Assembly: GCF_004010195.1 (NCBI RefSeq)
Contig: NC_057758.1
Span: forward strand, 9,782,352 to 9,819,823
Direction: 5' to 3'
Length of the DNA stretch: 37,472 nucleotides
Origin: Chiloscyllium plagiosum
Lineage: Eukaryota
In this document: piece by piece, positions 30,925 through 37,472 of the stretch
How the letters are laid out: each line of letters starts with the position of its first letter
Numbering within the stretch: the stretch's first letter is position 1
Made by a program: the position numbers and the translations under genes
Notes under the pieces: model-generated
Told to the model about the DNA's origin: nothing
The model's database searches: none
What the model saw: the letters and a program-made list of their open reading frames with translations, nothing else

Positions 30925-33050
30925 AACGGTAATAGCAATAGAAATCAGGAAGAGTATCTCAAATGCAGGAGAGAGGCTAAGGCTGGAATAAGGAAAGCTA
31001 AGAGGCAGAACGAGGAAAAAATGGCAGGCTGCATTAAAACAAATAGTAAAATGGTCTTATCAAGCATGTTAAGGGTTAAATATGGCCCATTAGGACTAAG
31101 CAGGGTGAGCTGCTCACTGAAGCAAGAGATATGATGGGAGTGTGAAATAGTACTGTTCTCTCTTTACCAGATTAGAAAATGGTGATACTGGCCTAATTGA
31201 AAGTGAGGGTGTTGAGCAGTTGAGCAATGTGGTGTTAAATAAAGAAGAGCTGCGAATACGCTTGGCAGCACTTCAGGTAGAGAACTCACCAGGCCCAAAT
31301 GGGATGCATCCTAGATTGCTGAGAGAGTTAAGGGAGCAAATTGCAAAGCCATTGACAGAGATTTTCCAGCCCTCTCTGATCACAGGATTACTCCCAGGGG
31401 AACTGGAGAATTGCAAATGTGACACCATTGTTTAAGAAATGGGTAAAGGATAACTCAGGACATTATAGACCTGTCAGCTTGACATCAATAGTGGGAAAAC
31501 TGATGGAGGCCATAATATGGAATAAGATAAATATATATTTAGAGAAAATAAGTTAATACTAAACAGTCAACATGGCTTTGTCAAGGGCAGATCATGTCCG
31601 ACAAATTTAATTGAGTTCTTTGAGGTGACACAGGTGTGAATGAGGGTAGAACTGTGGATGTTGTATACTAGGACTTTCAGAAAGTAGTTGATAAGGTTCC
31701 ACATAACAGGTTGGTTAGCAAATTAGAAATGTTCAGGATCGATGGGTCTTTGGCAATATGGATTGAAGTTAACTAAAAGATAGGAAACAGAGAGTAGGAA
31801 TAGATGGGCATTTCTCAGACTGGAGAAAAGTTGAAAGTGGTGCTCCCAGGGATCAGTGTTAGGATCTTTGCTTTGTATAAACAATTTGCAGATGGGTGTT
31901 GAGAGTAAAATCTCGAAATTTGTTTATGTACTAAACTAGTGAGAATATTAAATTGTGAGGATGATGCTAAGTGACTTGAGAGGGACATTGATAAAGTTGG
32001 TCAAATGGACAGACACCTGGCAGATGAATCTCGATGCAGAGAAATGTGAAGTAATGCATTTTGGTAGAAGGAACATGGAGACATATACAGGTTCAATGGT
32101 CGAACTTTGAGGAGACGACAGCAGCACAGGGACCTCAGGGTTCATGTGTATGAATCTCTGAAGATGGTCAGGCAAGTTGAAACCGTTGTTAAGAAGGCAA
32201 TAGGATTCTTGGGTTTATAAATAGAAGCATTGAGTATAAAAGGAAGGAAGTGATGTTACACCTCTGCAAATTATTGGTCAGACCACATTTGAGTATTGTG
32301 TTCAGTTCTCAGTACCTTTTTTAAGTAAGGATGTTAAAGTCCTGGAGAAAAGTTAAAGGTGATTTAATGGAATGATACCAGGAATAAAGGATTTTCGATA
32401 CAAGGAATGATTGGACAGATTGAGTTTATTCTTCTTGGAGCAGAGAAGATTAAGAGTTAACGTTATTGAGGTGTTCAGAATTATGAACAATTTTGACAGA
32501 GTAAAGAAGGCTATTCAGTCTCTGCTAGTTGGTACGTCAGTAAGTAGGCGTCATGATTTCAAGATTGTCAACAAGGGAGCTAAGAGTGAGATGAAGAGAA
32601 TTTCTTAAATCAGAGAGTTGTTAGAATTTGGAATGCACTGCCTGGGAGAGTGGTGGAGGTGGATTCCATTGGCAGTTTCAAAAGAGAGTTGGGTACATAT
32701 TTGAAAGTGATGAAGTTAGAGGGCTACAGAATTAGGCTGGAGAGTAGGCCTAAAACAATGCACTGGAAGAGCACAGCAGATCAGGCAGCATTGGAGGAGC
32801 AGGAAAGTTGATATTTTGGACATTGATGCTTTTGAGGGGCTTATGCTCGAAACGTCGACTCTCCTGCTCCTCGGATGCTGCCTGACCGGCTGTGCTTTTC
32901 CAGCACCATACTCTTGACTCTGATCTCCAGTATCTGCAGTCCTCACTTTCACCTGGAAAGTAGGCCTAGTTGGGAAATGGTTTCTGCGGCCGGTACAGAC
33001 ACAAAGGGTGGAATGGCCTCCTTGTGTACTGTAATATTCGATGCTTCTGT
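30925..33050 (+). mobile_element. Decayed CR1 LINE (linker, RT, 3'UTR) with a nested PLE hairpin
   Basis: SPGPNGMHPRLLRELREQIAKPL; attatagacctgtcagcttgacatca (YRPVSLTS); agaccacatttgagtattgtg; 3' end ggaatggcctccttgtgtactgtaa. Confidence 0.88.
32753..32952. mobile_element. 200-bp inverted-repeat PLE terminal insertion with a 16-bp TSD
   Basis: TSD ctgga[g/a]agtaggccta at 32737-32752 and 32953-32968. 32763-32823 is an imperfect reverse complement of 32843-32903. The right arm has GGGCttatGCTC-GAAA-CG-TC. Confidence 0.85.
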
Positions 33051-33180
33051 AACCCTTATTTATTGTGAAGTCAAGTTTCAGAGATAGCTATTGAACTGCA
33101 GGCGACTCCAAGTGTCATCACTTCAGTTACTGACTGTAACTACTGGAGGAGGCCAAATCACATTTCTTTTGCTTGTATGT

Positions 33181-33412
33181 CCAGACCTTGCAAATACCAC
33201 CCCACTCCACACAAATACCCCCAGACCCTGTAAACACCATGACACCCCACACAAATACCCCCAGACCCTGTAAACGCCACCCACTACACACAAATACCCC
33301 CAGATCCTGTAAACACTACCACAACCCACACAAATACCCTCAGACACTGTAAACACCACCCCACCCCACACAAATACCCCCAGACCCTGTAAAAACCAGG
33401 ACACTCCACACT
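33181..33412. repeat. 40-bp minisatellite, left part (6 units)
   Basis: ccagaccctgtaaacaccaccccaccccacacaaataccc-like units at 33181, 33221, 33261, 33300, 33340 and 33380. Confidence 0.92.
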
Positions 33413-33416
33413 AATA

Positions 33417-36400
33417 TACTGGCGGGGAGATGTGCGAGAGCTGCTCAGGAGGATTTAAACTAGTAAGGTGGTGGGGTGGGACTCAGGGAAATACTGAGGA
33501 AAGAGATTGATCTGAGACAGGTCCAGAAAGGGAAAGGGAGCAAGCCAACAGTCAGGCAGGCAGGACAAAGCAAAGAACAAGGTAGGACTGATAAACTGCA
33601 TTTATTTCAATGCAAGGGGCCTAACTGGGAAGGCAGATGAACTCAGAGCATGATTAGGAACATGGGACTGGAATATCATAGCAATTACAGAAACATGGCT
33701 CAGGGATGGACAGGACTGGCAGCTTAATGTTCCATGGTACAAATGCTATAGGAAGGATAGAAAGCGGGGGTGGAGGGCCAGGGAGGAGGGGGCATTTTTG
33801 ATAAGGGATAGTATTACTGTTGTACTTAGGGAGGATATTCCTGGAAATACATTCAAGGACGTTATTTGGGTGGAACTGAGAAATAAGAAAGGGATGATCA
33901 CCTTATTGGGATTGTATTATATACACCCCGTAATAGTCAGCGAGAAATTGAGAAACAAATTTGTGAGAAGATTTCAGTTATCTGTAAGAATAATAGGGTG
34001 GTTATTGTAGGGGATTTTAATTTTCCAAACATAGACTGGGACTACCATAACTTGGTTAAGGGTTTAGATGGAGAGGAATTTGTTAAGCATGTACAAGAAA
34101 ATTTTCTGATTCAGAATGTGGATGTACTTACTAGAGAAGGTGCAAACCTTGATCTAATCTTGGGAAATAAGGCAGAGCAGGTGATTGAGGTGTCAGTGGG
34201 GGAGCACTATGGGGCCAGTGACCATATTTCTAATAGTATTAGTGATGGAAAAGGATAGACCAGATCAAAATGTTGAAGTTCTAAATTGGACGAAGGCTAA
34301 TTTTGATGGTATTAGGCAAGAACTTTCAAAAGATGATTGGGGGCAGATGTTTGCAGGTAAAGGGACGGCTGGAAAATGGGAAGCCTTCAAAATGAGAGTG
34401 CAGAGAAAGTATATTCATGTTAGGCTGAAATGAAAGGCTGGTAGGTGTAGGGAATGCTAGATGACTGGGGAAATTGAGAGTTTGGTTAATAAAAAAAAGG
34501 AAGCATATGACAAGAATAGACAGGAGAGATCAAGTGAATCCTTAGAAGAGTATAAAGGCTGTATACTTCAAAGGGAAATCAGAAACGCAAAAAGGGAACA
34601 TGAAATAACTTTGGCAAATAGGGTTAAGGAGAACCCAAAGGGAATTTATAAATACGTTAAGGACAAAAGGATAACTAGGGAGAGAATAGGGCCCCTCAAA
34701 GATCAACAAGGCAGCCTATGTGTGAAGCTGCAGGAGATGGGGGAGATACCAAACAAGTGTTTTGCATCAGTGTTTACTAAGGAGAAGGACATGGAAGATA
34801 TAGAATGTGGGGAAATAGATGGTGACATCTTGAAAAATGTCCAGATTACAGAGGAGGAAGTGCTAGATGTCTTAAAATGCTTGAAAGTGGAAAAATCCCC
34901 AGGACCTGATCAGGTGTACACGAGAACTCTGTGGGAAGCTAGAGAAGTGATTGCTGGGCCTCTTGCTGAGATATTTGTATCATTGATAGTCACGGGTAAG
35001 GTGCCAGAAGACTGGAGATTGGCAAACGTGGGTGCCACTGTTTAAGAAAGATGGTAAGGAAAAGTCAGAGAACTATAGACCAGTGAGCCTGACATCAGTA
35101 GTGGGCAAGTTGGTAGAAGGAATCCTGAGGGGCAGGATGTACATGTATTTGGAAAGGCAAGGACTGATTTGGGATAGTCAACATGGCTTTGTGCATGGGA
35201 AATCATGTCTCTCACACACTTGATTGAGTTTTCTGAGGAAGTAACAAAGAGGATTGATGAGGGCAGAGCAGTAGATGTGATCTATATGGACTTCAGTAAG
35301 GTGTTTGACAAGATTCCCCATGGGAGACTGATTAGCAAGGTTAGATTTCATGGAATACAGGGAGAACTAGCCATTTGGATACAGAACTGGCCCAAAGGTA
35401 GAAGACAGAGGGTGGTGGTGGTGGATGGTTGTTTTTCAGACTGGAGACCTGTGACCAGTGGAGTGCCACAGGGATCGGTGCTGAGTCCACTGTTTTTTGT
35501 CATTTACATAAATGATTTGGATATGAACATAGGAAGTATAGTTAGTAAGTTTGCAGATGACACCAGAATTGGAGGTGTAGTGGACAGTGAAGAAGGTTAC
35601 CTTGGATTACAATGGGATCTTGATCAGATGGGCCAATGGACTGAAGAGTGGCAGATAGAGTTTAATTTAGATAAATGTGAAGTGCTGTATTTTGGAAAAG
35701 CAAATCAAAGCAGGACTTATACACTTAATGGTAAGATTCTGGGCCATGTTGCTGAACAAAAAGATCTTGGAATGCAGGTTCATAGTTCCTGGACAGTAGA
35801 GTCGCAGGTAGATAGGACAGTGAAGAAGGCATTTGGTATGCTTTCCTTTATTGGTCAGAGTATTGAGTACAGGAGTTGGGAGGTCATGTTGTGGCTGTAC
35901 AGGACATTGGTTAGGCTGCTTTTGGAATATTGTGTGCAATTCTGGTCTCCTTCCTATCGGAAGAATATTGTGAAACTTGAAAGGGTTCAAAAAAGATTTA
36001 CAAGGATGTTGCCAGGATTTGAGGATTTGAGCTACAGGGAAAGGCTGAACAGGCTGGGGCTGTTTTCCCTGAAGCGTCAGAGGCTGAGGGGTGACCTTAT
36101 AGAGGTTTATACAATCATGAGGGGCATGGATAGGATAAATAGACAAGGTCTTTTCCCTGGGGTGGGGGAGTCCAGAACTAGAGGGCATAGGTTTATGGTG
36201 AGAGGGGAAAGATAAACAAGGGACCTAAGGGGCAAATTTTTCATGCAGAGGGTGATGTGTGTATGGAATGAGCTGCCAGAGAAAGTGGTGGAGGCTGGTA
36301 CAGTTACAGCATATGGATGGGTATAGGAAGGGTTTAAAGGGATATGAGATGGGTGCTGGCAAATGGGATTAGATTGAGTTGGGCCAAAGGGTCTGTTTCT

Positions 36401-36425
36401 GTGCTGTACAGTTCTATGACTCTAT
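33417..36425 (+). mobile_element. ~3-kb CR1 LINE with near-complete ORF2 (APE and RT), frameshifted, with a 3' tail
   Basis: Endonuclease motifs IAITETWL and VGDFNFPNIDW. RT motifs [35 protein letters not shown] and KFADDT. The tail is ttctatgactctat. Confidence 0.95.
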
Positions 36426-36720
36426 ACAAATCCCCCAGACCCAGTAAATACCACCACCCCCACACAAATATCCCTGACCCTGTAAACAATACCCCACTCT
36501 ACACAACTATCTGCAGATCCTGAAAATACCACCCCATTCCGCATAAATGCCCCAGACCCTGAAAATATGTCAACATTCAGCACAACTACTGCTAGACTCT
36601 GCAGTTACCATCCTAATATAAACAAATAACCCCAGACCCCTCAAGTAACTCCTTACCACACAATATCTCGGCAAAACAAAGAACTCCTCTCCATAAATAC
36701 CTTCGGACCTTCCAAATATG
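36425..36720. repeat. 40-bp minisatellite, right part, increasingly degenerate
   Basis: cccagacccagtaaataccaccacccccacacaaat..., cccagaccctgaaaat..., cccagacccctc. Confidence 0.8.
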
Positions 36721-36956
36721 AGCTGCATCCCCTATTTACAGACCATATACACAACCCATTTTACCCATGGCCCATCAACAACCCCCGAAACATATCCCAT
36801 ACAATGTCCCATAGACATCCCCTATTAATATTCCTATGTACACACACTTACAGACCTCGTCTATAACACATCCTCTACGAAAACCTTTTCGAAACAACTC
36901 CTGATACCTATCCTCAACACACAGTCTATACAACAACCACTATACATATCTTCAAT

Positions 36957-37173
36957 AACAACTAAAAGAACTGCTGATGCTAGTAATTGGAATCAAAAAC
37001 AGAAATTGCTAGAAAAGCTCAGCAAGTCTGTCAACATATGTGGAGAGAAATCACAGTTAATGTTTTGGGTCCATTTCTGAGGAAGGATCACTGAACCCGA
37101 AACATTAACTCTGATTTCTCTCCACAGATTCTGCCAGACCTGCCGAGCTTTTCCAGCAATTTCTATTTTTGAT
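36957..37173. mobile_element. Inverted-repeat PLE terminal insertion (second family) with a hammerhead motif
   Basis: 36992-37070 is the reverse complement of 37095-37173. The right arm is preceded by CTGAGGA(37077-37083)-aggatcactgaaccc-GAAA-CA-TT. The left arm has an extra tail, aactaaaagaactgctgatgct. Confidence 0.85.
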
Positions 37174-37472
37174 GAACATTTTCAAACATGTATGGACTCC
37201 TATCCATGTTCTCAATACATGTCCCTCTAGAGGCATGTGTATACCTAGACCTATATATAAATTTCCTATAAAATAATCTGATAGACATTCTCCTATACCA
37301 TCCACTGTGTGCATCACTCATACACATCCCTCTACATAGCCACACATAACTGTTTCCATCCTCCACCTCCATTTCCCAACCGCAACCACCTTTCCACCAT
37401 ATCTCTACCCACTCTCCTTCCCCTCCCATAACTCCCTTCCTCACCCTCACTCTTCCCTCCCCAACCCAAGCC

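Noticed and set aside
35667..36188. 173-aa minus-strand ORF (also 3166-3621)
   Set aside because: These are shadow ORFs antisense to CR1 RT.
33417..36425. Active autonomous LINE
   Set aside because: ORF2 is broken into at least six pieces by stops and frameshifts, and most of ORF1 is missing.

Overview
Eukaryotic, repeat-dominated vertebrate DNA. The repeat content points to a cartilaginous fish, probably a shark: a V-SINE of the HE1 type, a SacSINE1/Deu-type SINE and abundant CR1/HER1-like LINEs. This assignment is recalled from family consensus sequences, not from a database search. There is one intact host gene: a ~296-codon coding exon (13480-14369, +) for a class A GPCR of the GPR139/GPR142 type. 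Most of the rest is decayed non-LTR retrotransposons (CR1, RTE, Tx1/L1), a possible Harbinger relic, degenerate minisatellites (15, 28, ~37, 40, 75 and 97 bp periods) and two assembly gaps. The most interesting structure is a set of Penelope-like element (PLE) termini at seven loci carrying minimal hammerhead-ribozyme motifs. Three of these loci are inverted-repeat insertions with an asymmetric tail, three have clear 14-18 bp target-site duplications (TSDs), and the short inserts repeatedly begin at the ribozyme core. Other oddities are an exact 60-bp copy of a satellite unit inside an old CR1, an in-frame 213-bp duplication in a CR1 ORF2, and a LINE whose 5' end resembles the central domain of the nearby SINE. 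No CRISPR, rRNA or bona fide tRNA genes were seen.
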